From: Vezdaea acicularis
Taxonomy: Eukaryota
Direction of reading: 5' to 3'
Length of the DNA stretch: 64,000 bases
NCBI GenBank assembly: GCA_026025075.1
Contig: JAPEUI010000029.1
Span: 1-64,000, forward strand
Below, one piece after another: positions 24,003 to 36,957 of this stretch. The translations under genes were made by a program, and so were the position numbers. The notes below the pieces were generated by a model. It searched no databases. It had not been told where the DNA came from and worked only from the letters and a program-made list of their open reading frames with translations. Numbering within the stretch: position 1 is the stretch's first letter; the number at the start of each line of letters is the position of its first letter.

Positions 24003-25469
24003 ACGTCCTAATGCCCAAAAGCAGATCCGATCGCCAGGAGACTCAGACTGGTGCCAAGTCGCATTGGCCTTTCAAGCAAAGTTGTGATCCGCAAAGCCGA
24101 AGGGAAAGCTCATCAAGTCTGGTAGAAACCAGTAGCACCTATCAAACGCAGTGTTTGGTGACCCTCAGCCATGGGTCTGGGCGGGCTCGTCCGCCTCTTA
24201 TTGGACTTTAGCATATGTAGGAGACATCAAACTCGCACGTGATGCTGCTGGAGAATATCAACTGTTCAAACCAATGCCTATCTCATTCTGATCAGTATAA
24301 TATCGCCATACATCTCGAGGACCCCATCTGGGAACACAAGAGCCAAATCTGGACTATCTTGAGCTATTATGAGCGTCTTCAGCTTTCCTTAAAGCTATAC
24401 TGGGTTGGAAGCTTCAGTAGTATTCTACAATCGTCAGACGCGCGTCGATTTTTTTGGCTCTTTATTTACCTCAAACATCTTCTACGTTTGTAATACGATC
24501 TACTTCTCTCGTCTCTTTAATTCTAACACAGTTTAGGGAGTCGGAGCTCAAAGAGGAAGGTTCGATGTTAGAAAATCCGACAATCGTGAATGGCAAAAGC
24601 TTAGTGTGGATAATTTGTATGAAAGAATATTGAATCGACAATTTAGTGTAATAAAGTAAGAAGAATGGACAACGATTTAGTAGAAGTTTTTGAAGCGGAA
24701 TTGAACAAGAGAATCCTCTGAGGTCTCCCGGACGCGAGTTTGGCCCAGGCAATTTGTCTCGCAGCAAGTTAGAAGCAAGTGAGAGATTGAGAAGACAATG
24801 AGTGTTTTTGAGTGATAGGGGCAGTCCCCAAATGATAAAAATAGGATTGCTCTACCTGGATGTCTTGCAAACACTACCTCGCCTTTCTTGTGCATGATGT
24901 GATCAAATTCATGGCTTATAACAAAACAGGATGAGTTCTATGATTACTTCCAACGTCTTTGCGGGGGTCATCTCCACTCAGGATAGTATCATGGCTGACA
25001 TCCGGTGGGTCGTTCTGATGGAATGGATATTTGGGGTTTGGTTTTGAGATTACACTGGTCTAACATTAAGGTTTCTAGCAGCTCACATCGATCCGCCAAT
25101 AAGCTTTCTCGATTGAAAGTGATTATTTAGATATGACAAGACTTGAGCAGCTATAAATTTGACCTTCGATTATAAAAATAGCTGGACTCTCGAAATATGC
25201 CGAGCTAAACCTCCCACGAGTCCAAAGCAATCAGTCCGAATTTTGGTCTTGCCACTGGGATTGTTGGGATATTTGGAAGAGGAACTGTAGGGTAGAAGAA
25301 TTAATATGTTCGGTGGATTTGAATGCGCCTGCCATCGGATCACCATTATTGCTTATTTAAATTGTATCAAGTTCAAGATAACCTCCGTATAAACACTAGG
25401 AGGCAGGGTATCTACAGAAAGATTCTGATCGAGTCGTAAACGTAGCTTTCAATCAAAGCTGCTTCTTCA

Positions 25470-27011
25470 TCATCGATTGTAAGATGCTATATTCAAACAT
25501 TCCAAGGTCTAAATGATAAGATTAGCTTTTGATCGGTCATTCCTTGCCTGAGCAATGGGGATCCTCACCTTTGCGGTCACCACCCCTTGGTTTGCTAGAT
25601 ACTTGCTAAGCCCCCTCACCACCTCTAGTTGCTCCTCTGGTGTGAGCCCATTTATTGCCGTCTCAATCACACCTCCTACGCTTGCCTTGTACACCACAAT
25701 AAAACTATGGTAGTACATGTATGCGAATAGACCCATGATAAATTGGCAATCCATGCGATCGGTCATACCGCCATGACCAGGAATTGACTCGCCAAAGTCT
25801 TTAATCTTGAACGACCGCTTCAAGCCTGAAGCGAAGAATCCACCGAATGGAGCGATCAGGGAGGCGAAAGTTGCAAATGCGAGGATGTGGAACTGCATAG
25901 GTGCGACCATATATTCACGTGCTACACCAGTCCATGCCGGAAGGTGATATGACTTGGGAATGAAGACCGGATTCGGAGTGCACTCCAAGCCCGTGAAGAT
26001 GTTTGCACCTAGATTATTAACTGGGCACGTGAAGTATGAGTATCGCATCAGGACATTAGTCATAATCAATCCAAATATGATGGTCATGATCCAGGCTCCA
26101 ACAAACCCCTCAACTGTCTTTTTTGGGGAGAGTTTGATGAGCTGGGTCCGTCCAAATGTGATCCCACAGATGTAGGCAAAGATATCGTTCGTGATGACGA
26201 GAGAGGCCGGCAGGAAGAACCAAATCATGCCTTCAAATAGGTTGTTCATGATGAAGTGTGACTGTACGACTATGAAAAAGAGAGCCATATGAGTCCACGC
26301 AAATTGGGTAAACTGGAATCGGTAATGGCCCTTCTGCAGAGAGCCGACGAAAAAGACAAAGCCTAAGAGAATTATGGCATAAGTGGACATTTTTTCGGCT
26401 TTCTGAGGCAAGAAGCACTGGATTCATACCAAAGATATATAACATGAAGCTAATGAAGCGATGGTGTGTAGCAAGGGGAAGTAGGACCTTCTCAACAAGC
26501 ACTATGTGCTTGAAGTAATAGATCACACTCTCCCCATCCAGATAGTACATGGCCGTTGCCAAGAAATACCAGTTCAGACTTTTGGTGAATCGTAGGCTTC
26601 GTGCTCGACTCGGGACGTTCGCTATGGCGATAACTTCCTTGAAAGATATGATTTGTACGGCGGTAATGATAGCAACAAGATAGATGTGCCCTGCTAACAT
26701 TGCGGCAAAGAATCCGGCAATCATGATGATTGTCCATATTGTCCGAGTAATAAATGTCTGCTTTTTCTTCTCAAATTCCGCGCCCTTATCTGGTAGGGCT
26801 TCAGCCTTTTATGAGGTTGAGATCAGCACAAGCGCCTCCACGGTCAGGAGCCTAATATACTTACCTCCTCTCTAGTACTCTCAAGGAGCTTCCCATTTCT
26901 AGTAGGACTCCCAGGTTCCGATGCATTCTCGCTCATATCTGAAAAGCTCTCTCTTCTGCCATCACCATGACCCCGATGCTGGAACTTTACGTTTCGCTTC
27001 GCCTTCGCCAT
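25470..27011 (-). CDS. CDS1: Phosphatidate cytidylyltransferase (CDP-DAG synthase, 4 exons)
   Basis: LSPKKTVEGFVG, FASLIAPFGGFFASGLKR.FKIKDFG.SIPGHGG.TDRMDCQ signature; ATG 27011; last intron 25568-25509 followed by TLECLNIASYNR*. Confidence 0.97.
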
Positions 27012-27267
27012 ATTGGCTTCTCCAGGATTGGCGACTGGCCGGGTAGTCCGGAAATTGCTCAGGAAGTAGCTTTCAACGGGATCCTAGTGCTTTCGTAGAA
27101 TTTAGGTGGGCTCTTTGTGGCTCCCCAGTGCAGTCGTTTAAGAAATGGGGTGTCGTGTAAAGCTTGAAGAGATGTTTCCCTTGAAATCCAGTTTCTGAAC
27201 GTAGCTCGCGTAAGCTTCTCTGAAGGTGACGGCCAATTCCCCCAGGAAACGAGTCCTTCTATATGGC

Positions 27268-29958
27268 ATGAATGGACACAACGAGGATCCCTACGGGGAT
27301 GACGGGTTTGATGATTTGCCAGCTGAAGATCTCATTGCTCTAGAAAAAAGAGCTGTGCAAGCCTCCCAGAGGGTGAACGCTAGCCTCCAAAACGAGAGCC
27401 AGGCCAAACCCCAAGAAGTCTTCTCTACCGAGCCCACCCAGCCAGCAACCTTAGTTCAATGGGAGAGGGAGCAGCGAAAGTCTCAGCGCGTTCAATATAG
27501 AGGGTCTCTACAGATACGAGAAGGACCTGAACATGAGAAGCGCCTTTCTTCCCCAGACTATGGGAACTTTGATGACGATGATTTTGAGGGCGAAGTGGTC
27601 GATACTGTTAATAATACGCTCTATGGGCGGCAGGCTGGACCTGCCATACCTGCCAGAAGCTTAGGGGAGGCAACGCAACGCGAACAATGGCGGATAAACC
27701 GCTATGGCGCTGGTACTGCTCGGGATGGCCTTCACAATCCTCCCCGAGGCCAAAGTCATCCTCAGTGGGGACATAATGGCAGGCAGGCCAACAATATGCC
27801 TGAATACCGGAGCATCAACACTCCCGGAGAGCGAAGTCAGCCAAACAAAACAGGGGTCACGATCGTTGCTAAGTCAGGCGCCAATGATAATCAACTTGAT
27901 GGGCTTCAAGTAAGATTAGAGCATGTAAGGATCCAGTATTCCTTTCCAAACTGTTGGCTAACTCTTTATAGCTAATTAAAGAAAGAGACATGTTACAGAA
28001 GTCCCTGCATGAGGTGAAGACCGTTCTCCAGACAAAGGCAGGTGAGAACTTGATATTACGTACCAAACAGGAGAAGGCTGCTAAAGAAAATGAACGCCGT
28101 TTGATTACTTTGCAGAAGCATCATGAAGAAGAGGCTGCAAAGCTCAAGGCACAGGCGGAGAAAGCAGCAGAAGAAAGAGAGACTGTGACCATACGGAACA
28201 GGTTTCTGGAAAGAGAGGTGTTGGAAGAGGGCCAGAAAGTCAAGAGCCTTCGCCAAGCGGCTTCTAAGGAGGCACCTGGACTAGGAAAATCACGGGAAAA
28301 CATACAGGATAGTCCAGCTACAACTCCAAAGCGGGGTCTTCGACAGAAATTCAGCGATGGCTTCGATGATGACGAGGTTGTTATGCTCTCTCCGTCCAAG
28401 GTTTTAGGGTCGCGGCCAAAGTCAAGAACACCACGGGTTGGGTCTAAAAGAAAGCGAAAAGACATAAATGACAGCCCGATCAAGCCGCTGCAGCTGAGCT
28501 CACGGCATCAGCAGGACATTTCAGCAGGGAAACAAGTCCAAGAGAGTGTTGTGACTGATGAGGCCATACTCTACCGCCTCCAGCCGCATGACGATCGGTT
28601 CGAGGTTAGCATGACGCCATTCACATCCATTCGTTTGCGAAAACTCTAGCTGATAATCTTTAAAGTTCTTCCAATCCATCTTAAATTATAGGTCGGGCCT
28701 TGAAAAACCAAGGATCTTAGAGAGCTTCGCCAACCTCAGCTTTCCCTCGGAACCAAAGATCTCCTTATCTTCTGCATTTTACGATGCATTGCCACCACCC
28801 ATTCCAAATAAGGTGGATGCGTTCCCTTCTATCATCTGTAGTGTATTCATCTCTTTGTGGACTCGTTCTTTAAATGAGAAATACGTAAGTGAAGTAATGA
28901 AGATTGTCAAAGCTTCTTTCGACTGTAGAACTAACACATCTTTCTCAATATAGTACTTGCCTATCACAGCTCTTGTTGAAATTCTCACGTTCATACTAAT
29001 TTCCAACACAAGTACACTTGTTGTGGATATCATGGAAGACGTACTACCGGTCGCTCAGGAGACGATCGGCCTTGTAGCCATACCCCGATTCGAGAAAGCC
29101 CTTGATGCCGGCGTCGTTGGTCCTCAGAGATCCCAGGGTCAGCTTTCGATGGCTCCTAAAGACCCCCCAAAATCAATACCTGACGTAGATGTCCCATGCT
29201 GTATGGACTTAATACACTTGGTTGCTCTAGCATCACATCAACATGAGCCTTGCATCAAGCGTTTCTGGCAATTGTTGAAATGGGATCTATGCCTTATGAT
29301 GTTGAGCTGGGCTCAGACGATCACAGAAGTTATTCAGATGCTTGATATTCTTGCCACAGGCATTCGCAAAGACACAATTGGGCCGATAACCTCAGCAAAT
29401 CCGGACGAACAGAGTGAAAGCGAAAAGCACCTTGTCGATCGTATCACGGTCCTGCTCAACGCTTCAAAGCAGCTCTGGATGTCTCAATACGAACTCGAAG
29501 AGAAAGAGATTGCGAACATGAAGTTAAATGTTCTACGACTTCTTGTGGAAATATGCTGTACAGAACACGGTTGCAAAGTCATGGCTTCTCACCCCTGGGC
29601 GATTGGTCGCCTTGTCAGATTTGCACACGATGAACTGAATGCACTGTATGATTTCAATGACCGTCACGACCAAAGTGCAGAGCAAGTTAGTTTAGCAATA
29701 CGACTATTGCACTGTGTCATCAGCAAAAATCCCATGCAAGACAAAATCGACATGCATGAGAAACTTGGAGTAATCCAAGGTGGTGAGCATAAGTACTTGG
29801 TCTGCCTCACTCGGCTCGTTTACAGTGAGGGCCTAGTGCTCGAAGCTGGCATACAAGATGAGATCGTAGAGTATGCTAGACAGCTTCTAGAAAACCGCAT
29901 AACCCCGGAGGAAGGCGACGCCCTTGAGCAGGCAATGGAGATGACGAGACCGAGATGA
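27268..29958 (+). CDS. DNA damage checkpoint protein Rad26/ATRIP-like (4 exons)
   Basis: Acidic N-terminal DDGFDDLPAEDLIALE, coiled coil with QTKAGENLILR, DGFDDDEV motif, basic KRKRK, helical C-terminal region ending LLENRITPEEGDAL; three short GT-AG introns near 27925, 28605, 28884. Confidence 0.8.
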
Positions 29959-32285
29959 GGGATCCTTCGTACGTTTCTCATGAGCCATAGTGTTGGTTTC
30001 AAGACCAGTTCTCATTCTATCTTGCGCTCATTGACCATGATTGGTGAGACGAGCTCAGAGGTGGCCCGTTGGAACCGATTAACAATGAACTCCTAGGTGA
30101 CCGTTGAGTTGAGATCTTAACGGGACATGAAGAATGCTTGGGAATGCTCTAGTTGGGAACAAAAATGAGTCCTCTTGAGCACTAGTGTTGGGCGAGCAGA
30201 AGCTCTTTGACGGGACGCAAGACTCCTTAAGTCCTTGCTAATACCCCATCGATACTTCGGTAATGTCGTTCCCTGCGCAGAATCTTTCAAGTTTTCCTTC
30301 TGATATGCTTCAAGTGAGCATGACTACCGAATTTGTTTTCCAACCTTTGAACCCTCGATGATGATTTGTCCCGGCGCCATAGATTTATATTTGAGCAACA
30401 TAGGGATAGCCCGTTTGAATCTAGTGCCTTATGTTTGTTCTAGTGGTGGCTGGGCATTTCTTCTGTAATCTACTCAAGTTTGCTGATCAATCCCCTATTA
30501 GCAATGGATACTAGTAGCCTTCTCAGCTTCGGCCCCGAGGATCCTTGCAGCAAAAATGAAATTGAAGTTGAATCGCTTGACCATGAAGTTGCACAATGTG
30601 AACATGCGCCAAGATCTCACCTTGGTTCTTCATCACACAAATTTGAAAGGAACACGTGAAGGTTGGCTTTTGCAGAGTTTTAGCTCCAGACATGACAATA
30701 ATCTGCGATAATCGTCCCCATCGCCAATGGTCAGACCGGGAGGCCAAGCATTATGTGTCTGAATGGCTTGAGTCAAATCTCAAACCTTGTTTTCGAAGAC
30801 TTGGATTAGCTGCTAACTTTTTCAATTATCAAACGTCAAGGAGGTAATTGGCTCGAAGTAAAGAGTGAGTCGCCGTGACGACATGGGATTATATTTCAAT
30901 CGCCAAGCTTTTTATTGCTGTTTTTCTGAACGGAAAACCTACCCTCCATCAAGGGATGCTCAGATTTGACAGCGTCCCCCTACCATAATTTTCAAGGGCA
31001 TACGGTCGTTATATTACTTGATGCATCAGTTCGGTTGCTCCATCACTCAACGTATCTCTTTGCAAAGCTTAGGAAGTGCTCCTAATCCTCAATAATCTAT
31101 TTTACACTAAAATAAAACTTTTATAATCATTTCCCTCTCATGACATTGTTTGCTTGCCTCTTGACCGTAGCAGAAATGGCCAACTACATGATCACTGGTA
31201 TTTTCTAGCGGCTTTGGTAAGTAGCTGTTCCTTTGTTTCTTGCTGCGTTTTTTATTGTTGAACAACGCGTTTGTCGAACAATTCAGTAGAGAGCCTTCCC
31301 TCGCAGTAGTTGCACTTTTTGTTTCCCAGTAAGACCCTTAGATGTCTATAGCAGATGATCAATAATATCTTCTTTTTAGACCAAATTTCAATTGTGGAGA
31401 GTTGGTTTTTCTGCGGCAACTTCGACGACTGTCAAGGAAAAATGAGTCGATTACCTCATTCACAATGCCGCATGCGTCTCCAGGATCTCCTCCTAGCTGA
31501 AACATACCGGCTTCAATGGGCCCCACGTCGATATATTAAACAATGAGACGTCTATGAGCATAAGAACAAATGTGCTCTATACGACGTATACTGTCAATCC
31601 TTTCTTGCACCTCGTGGAGTACTCACATACAAAAACGATGGCAGCAATGAGCGCTGCAAGCACGGATCTAAAAGTCAGAAGGCAGGCATAATTAGCAGTG
31701 ATTATATGCCGCAAGGTTGCTGCAAATGTCGTGGTACTAAAAACTTGCAATTGACCTGAAAGACGAATATGTAGCTATAGATGCGGATTCAATCGACACG
31801 ACAGGGGAGAATGTATGCTCCCAAGTTCGTCACGCTAGTAGGTATGCTTTAAAACCACATTATCCCACTCATAGGGCGTAAGGCTTCAAACTCACAGCAA
31901 GGTCTCTGCAAAAAGACCTCTAAGTTTAAGATTATCGATGCTGGATCCAGTGGTGTCCAATTCGCGATAGAATAACTAAAACAACGTGTGGCAGCATCCG
32001 AAGAGCCTATCGCTGTCTGTGAGGAGATCTTGGGGCATTTCGAAAGCAAGACTATAGCATTGAAGGCTCCGCCGACGACTGATCAGAGGGTAGTCGCGGT
32101 GTCAGATGTAATTCACGGTTTAGGAATGGAAAGCTCAGCAAGAGTCACGATCCTGAAGGTGAATTAGAAGTGGCTTGGCTTTGAAAGCTAGTAGTTGGAG
32201 CGCTATTGCAGAGCGCTGTCCCTCTCGATAGAAACTCATCCTGCTTCTCGGCTAGACAATAATCTTTGAGTGATACAAATCAATC

Positions 32286-34838
32286 TTAATCAACCATAAA
32301 TCTCTCATCATCTTCCGCAACATCAAATTCCTCGTGTTTAGTCCCTTGCACTTCTTCATTGGTTCTGTGATTCTCACTTCTGGTCGAATCTCCATTATCG
32401 TTGTCTGACTTCACAATTATAGACGTGGTGTGATGCACAGATTGTCCCGCTGACTTAAGCCATTCAAACTCGACATCTCCAACATTCGGGATAGATTTTG
32501 GGCCAGCCATGAAGCGTTCGGCGGTGAACCGGTCTTTAAAACTGATGATAACTGAATCCTTGCGCAGGCTGTTTGGCTCAATATTATCGTATTCTCCCAC
32601 AGCCTTGAAATCTCATCATCAGAACGCAGTGTGGGGGATGGCTAAGACAAGGTTGGGACCTACCAGGAGAAACGTTCTAAGACCTTCGTCTTTGGCAGAG
32701 TCAAATTCTTGCCCCGAGACAACTATTCTTCTTGGCCGATTATCAAGCCTCATCGCGCCACCTCTTATGCCTGATGGAGAACCTCTTCCACGCCAAAGCC
32801 CGTTCGAAGCATTAAAACCACCTCTGCCTCTTGCGGGAAAGCCGCGCCCTCTCTGTCCGCCTCTTCCCCGTCCCCTTCCGTAAGTGGCGCTGTAATCACT
32901 TAGAGGGATACCAAGTGACGTAGCTTCCTTTTTCAACATATCAAGTTGTTTTTTCAATGCAGCCATCTCTGGATTCCCTCCCTTCTCGTATTCTCCAGTC
33001 GCGGTATCGTCAGGTGTATCGGTGTTCTCTGGGCTTTTACTCGTCGAATTCCGCTTCCTGGCTGCCAGTTTTGCCATCAGCTTCGCCGTCTCTTCTTGTC
33101 GCCTTTGCTCAAGATCCGCCTTGCGCTTGTCTAGAGCAGCTTGTTCTGCCTCGGCGGCTGCCTTCTTCCTCATTTTTTCTTCATGTTGACGCTGCAGCTC
33201 CGCCTGTCTTTGTTTGACTTCTTCAATATCAATCATTTCTTCTTCTGGTATACTATTCTTACGTCTCGGCGGAGCTGGGCTTGCCCCATTACTATCACTA
33301 GGGGGTTTAGGGAGTTGTGTGCCTGCTTTAAGCCAATAGACCTTAATGAAGCGCGCGTCAAGGATAGCTCTTTGAGTCGAATAAGCACGTTTTGCAGAAT
33401 CAAAATCGGCAAACTTGATCAGTGCAAGGCGTTTGTAGGGTTGCATATCCAAATGAGCTATTGACCCAAACTCCGAGAAGAATTCTCGGATTATATCCTC
33501 TTTGAACTTTTCTTCGGGTATATTCTCCACGACTACCGTAGTGATCGAACGATCATGGTTGGGTCCTCCCGCAGAAAGATCAGAGCGATAATCTTTACGG
33601 CCTTCTCGTCCACTACGATTTGGGCCAGCTCTCCCTTTGATTCCACCACGATGGTTGCTAGCGGTCGAGCGGCCGTTTGCCTCGTTGGTACTTGACGCTC
33701 GCAGGCCGGGGAGAATTGCTGACTTGGGGTCGTACTCCTCTTACATACTATCAATATTGTGTCATATCTCAGGGATGGGGGATGTCTTACCGTCCGCCAT
33801 AGCCGTATCGGCCACTTGAGCAGCTGGATGCTGAAAGGCGCACTTCCTTCCCAACTCACAATAGCCTTTCTCCTGGTAGTCCCGGCAGACTTGGTTGTTC
33901 TTATGACCCTGTTCATCAAGCCGAGGAGCGACTTGGTCTCCGCTAGGTGAGGGCGTAAACCCTGTCGGTGAGCCTACCAGCGGAAATCCCGGTACTCCTG
34001 GCATACCTCCTAGCGTTTGAAGCATGGCTACGGTAAGACTGGGATCAAAAGGTAATCCAGGAGGCATTGGCTGCATGTCTGGAAATCGCATCGAGCCTGA
34101 GTTTGCCAATCCTTGAAAGCTATTGTAAGGCCCAGCCGGATAATTAGGTTGCGAACCCTGTCTTCCCCCTTTAACTCCTGGAACATCCCCTTTACTAGCC
34201 CTCACGCTTCCTCGACGTGCCTGCTTAAAGACCCGGTCATTGTGGCCATTTCCGAACGATCCTCTACTATTTCTTCCACTCTCATCATCGCGATCGTTAT
34301 ACGAACGCTTGCGTGAGCCGTGAAGTCGGCCGTTAGGTCCCGTTGGCGGTGCATGATTAGGCACACTAAGATTTTGCTGATTGACCATCTCTTCCGCGAG
34401 ACCAGATGGGGCGTTGAAAGGTTGCGATAAGAATTCTGGAGAGCTAGGTGATTGAAGATAGCCACTTCTATGGAGGTATTCAAAAACATCGTCTACAAGG
34501 GTTTGAGTAACTATGAGAGCTACGTTAGAGTATGCACAAAGACGTGTGGTCTTTTGGCAAATACCTCCATCATCCAGCAATGTCTCAAGCTCCTTGATAC
34601 AATGCGCCTTGAGATCTCCTTCATTCTTGTCTTGCTCCCGTAGTAGTGCCAGGAGGAAATCAGCAAGAATATCAGGATCGGAGTCTGAACTATTACGGTG
34701 GCACTAATGTTAGCTTGAAGAATCGCATGAACGCAGCTTTGAAGGCAGCAGAAATTTAAAGGCACCGTACACATTCTCTATTCGTTTCACCAGCCACTCC
34801 TTCAATGGTTTCTCGCCTTCCGGCCTTTGAATCAGCAT
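32286..34838 (-). CDS. PWI + CCCH zinc finger + RRM protein (RBM26/27, Rmn1-like)
   Basis: N-terminal PWI (LKEWLVKRIE..SDSDPDILADFLLALL), CCCH CRDYQEKGYCELGRKCAFQH, RRM (VVENIPEEKF..FFSEFG..RFIKVYW), RGG box, LDNRPRRI second RRM; ATG 34838; several short introns. Confidence 0.88.
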
Positions 34839-35450
34839 GCCGAGCTCAGGTCGAATCTTATGGACTCATGTGTGATTTGTGATAGTGCGAAAGATTACTC
34901 TAGGTTGAAGAAAAGAATATTCCTTGCCCAAGCTAGATATGTAGGTCTGCGCTATGGGAGAGTATAGGAGGTATCTACACGCTTCGGCGTAGAATCAATC
35001 GCGTGCTTCTGTGTATTCGATAGGAACGTTTTCGGGGTGAGGGATTTGATAATCCTGTAGATATTTGTAAGGCTCAAAACAGTCTGGCAGTGTAGTGCGG
35101 ACTTTGCACAGATTGAATAAATGGATGTTGTATTCGTGCATATGGAGTTTTTAAATGGACGAGGTTGTCCTTAGAGGCACTACTACAAGCGACCAGGATG
35201 TTAGACCCTTGTTAGCCTTGCAGGAAATTGCATGATGCATCAAATTGTAAACTACAACTTGTCCGGGGAAGAGTGCCATGTAAATTCTATCAGGACATAT
35301 CTTGAGCCACTCGCTGAAACATCCATGCGCAGTACTTGCTGTTCACGTTTGTTCGGACTCTTCCCCCAGCGGACTTTGTGACAATTCATCATCTTGCTGG
35401 ATGTACTCTACTCAATAAACTCGAAAGCTAAGCCTTAGACCTTTTCTTCC

Positions 35451-36487
35451 ATGGCCACGGTTCCAAACTCTTTACGGCCTCGGCGTACCGGAAAGTCTAT
35501 GAAGCCTTCCTCTTCTCTCAATCTGGCCCCCTCATCGTTCAAATATTCGTTTTCTGGTCTTGCCCCTTCAGTTACGTCTAGCAAGCTGCAGGGGGGCTTG
35601 AAAAAACCGAATTCAGTACCACTCAAGTAGGCCGCCCCCTCACAACCTCCGCATATACCATTCTCAATTTCATTAGAGATCGATTCAAACGGTCCATTCG
35701 CGTCCTCGTTGGTTGCCCTAATCCAGAGGAATATACAGTTCACAGGGATCTCATCTGCAGCAAGTCACCTTTCTTCCGGTCCGCCTGCAACGGGCGTTTT
35801 TCAGAGGGGCAATCTGGCATTGTTAAGCTCCCGGAAGATAATCCTGGCATCTTCGAGTTATTCTTGTTTTGGCTCTACTCCGGACGCCTCGGCGAAGACT
35901 GGGCAGAGATAACGAGCTACAAATATGATCTTCTCGCAGGGCTCTATATATTTGCGGACAAAGTCCAAATACCAGTACTAAAGAACTGCGCCATCGAGGC
36001 TTTGATAGAGAAGAAAACCCAGTCTAAGACCGTTCCTGATAGCTACATCGCCAGGAATTATGACTCAATTCCACCAAACTCTGGGCTGCGGAAGCTTTTG
36101 GTTGACTTTGTGGCCTGGTCTGCTAAAAGAGAAACGGTAGAGAGGGCTGGATTTTCTCGAGACTTTCTATTAGACCTCTCGGTCACGATGATGTCAATCA
36201 TAGATTTGGGCCTGTGCAAACCGCACTCAGACCCACCGTACATAGCCAGACTTTCCAAGTACTATGATTGCCTGGACGGAGAAGATGGATCTAGAAATGG
36301 CTCTATACAATGCGCGAATGATGCTAGACCTACGGTCACTAAATTATCCGCTGCAAGAATGATCGTGGATTCGTATACGGAGGAATCCAGTAGTGATTCT
36401 TCGGACAGCATATCGGATTTGGACTCGGACCTTGCGACAGACGACATTGATGCGTCCAGTTCGGACGACTCTGGTGATCAGTCCTAA
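35451..36487 (+). CDS. BTB/POZ-domain protein (2 exons)
   Basis: ATG 35451, intron 35627-35676; manual translation upstream of the listed ORF gives IRVLVG..EEYTVHRDLICSKSPFFRSACNGRFSEGQSGIVKLPEDNPGIFELFLFWLYSG..LYIFADK, a typical fungal BTB; acidic tail. Confidence 0.85.
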
Positions 36488-36957
36488 TACTGAGTTCAAT
36501 GAGCATATCTACGACTTCATGGTCTATAGAGGGTGAAATTCGCTTATAGGGAGTTGTCGCTCACTCGACTATCACTCAAGCGGAGTTCATTGCATAATCG
36601 CGTTGCGAAGTCTCGTCTTGTCTCTTTCAGGCGGCGACATTACGGCGCAAGGGAACAGCACAATGGGTGTTTAGCAGGCGCGTTTTACATTTTGGCATGA
36701 TTCAGTCTATAATATTGCTAGCGTACCTAGCTACACTTGGCAAAGTATTACGCCTTCGAAGCAACCTTCAATAAAGGCGGAATGCCCCGCTTTCTCTCGT
36801 CCCCGATTCGTATGCTCCTACACGGACGGACTCGTGTTATCTTTTCCTAAATCGTGCATAGCTCAAGAAAGGCGAAGCTGGTGAATATGCCATTATTTGA
36901 ATGCAAATGAAAATTGAAGTACTGCCAGGAGGACTCTTCAGATCTGGTGTCCATTAT

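Noticed and set aside
35709..35912. Apparent frameshift in the BTB gene
   Set aside because: Manual translation shows one continuous frame from 35678; the ORF track only lacked an upstream start because of the intron
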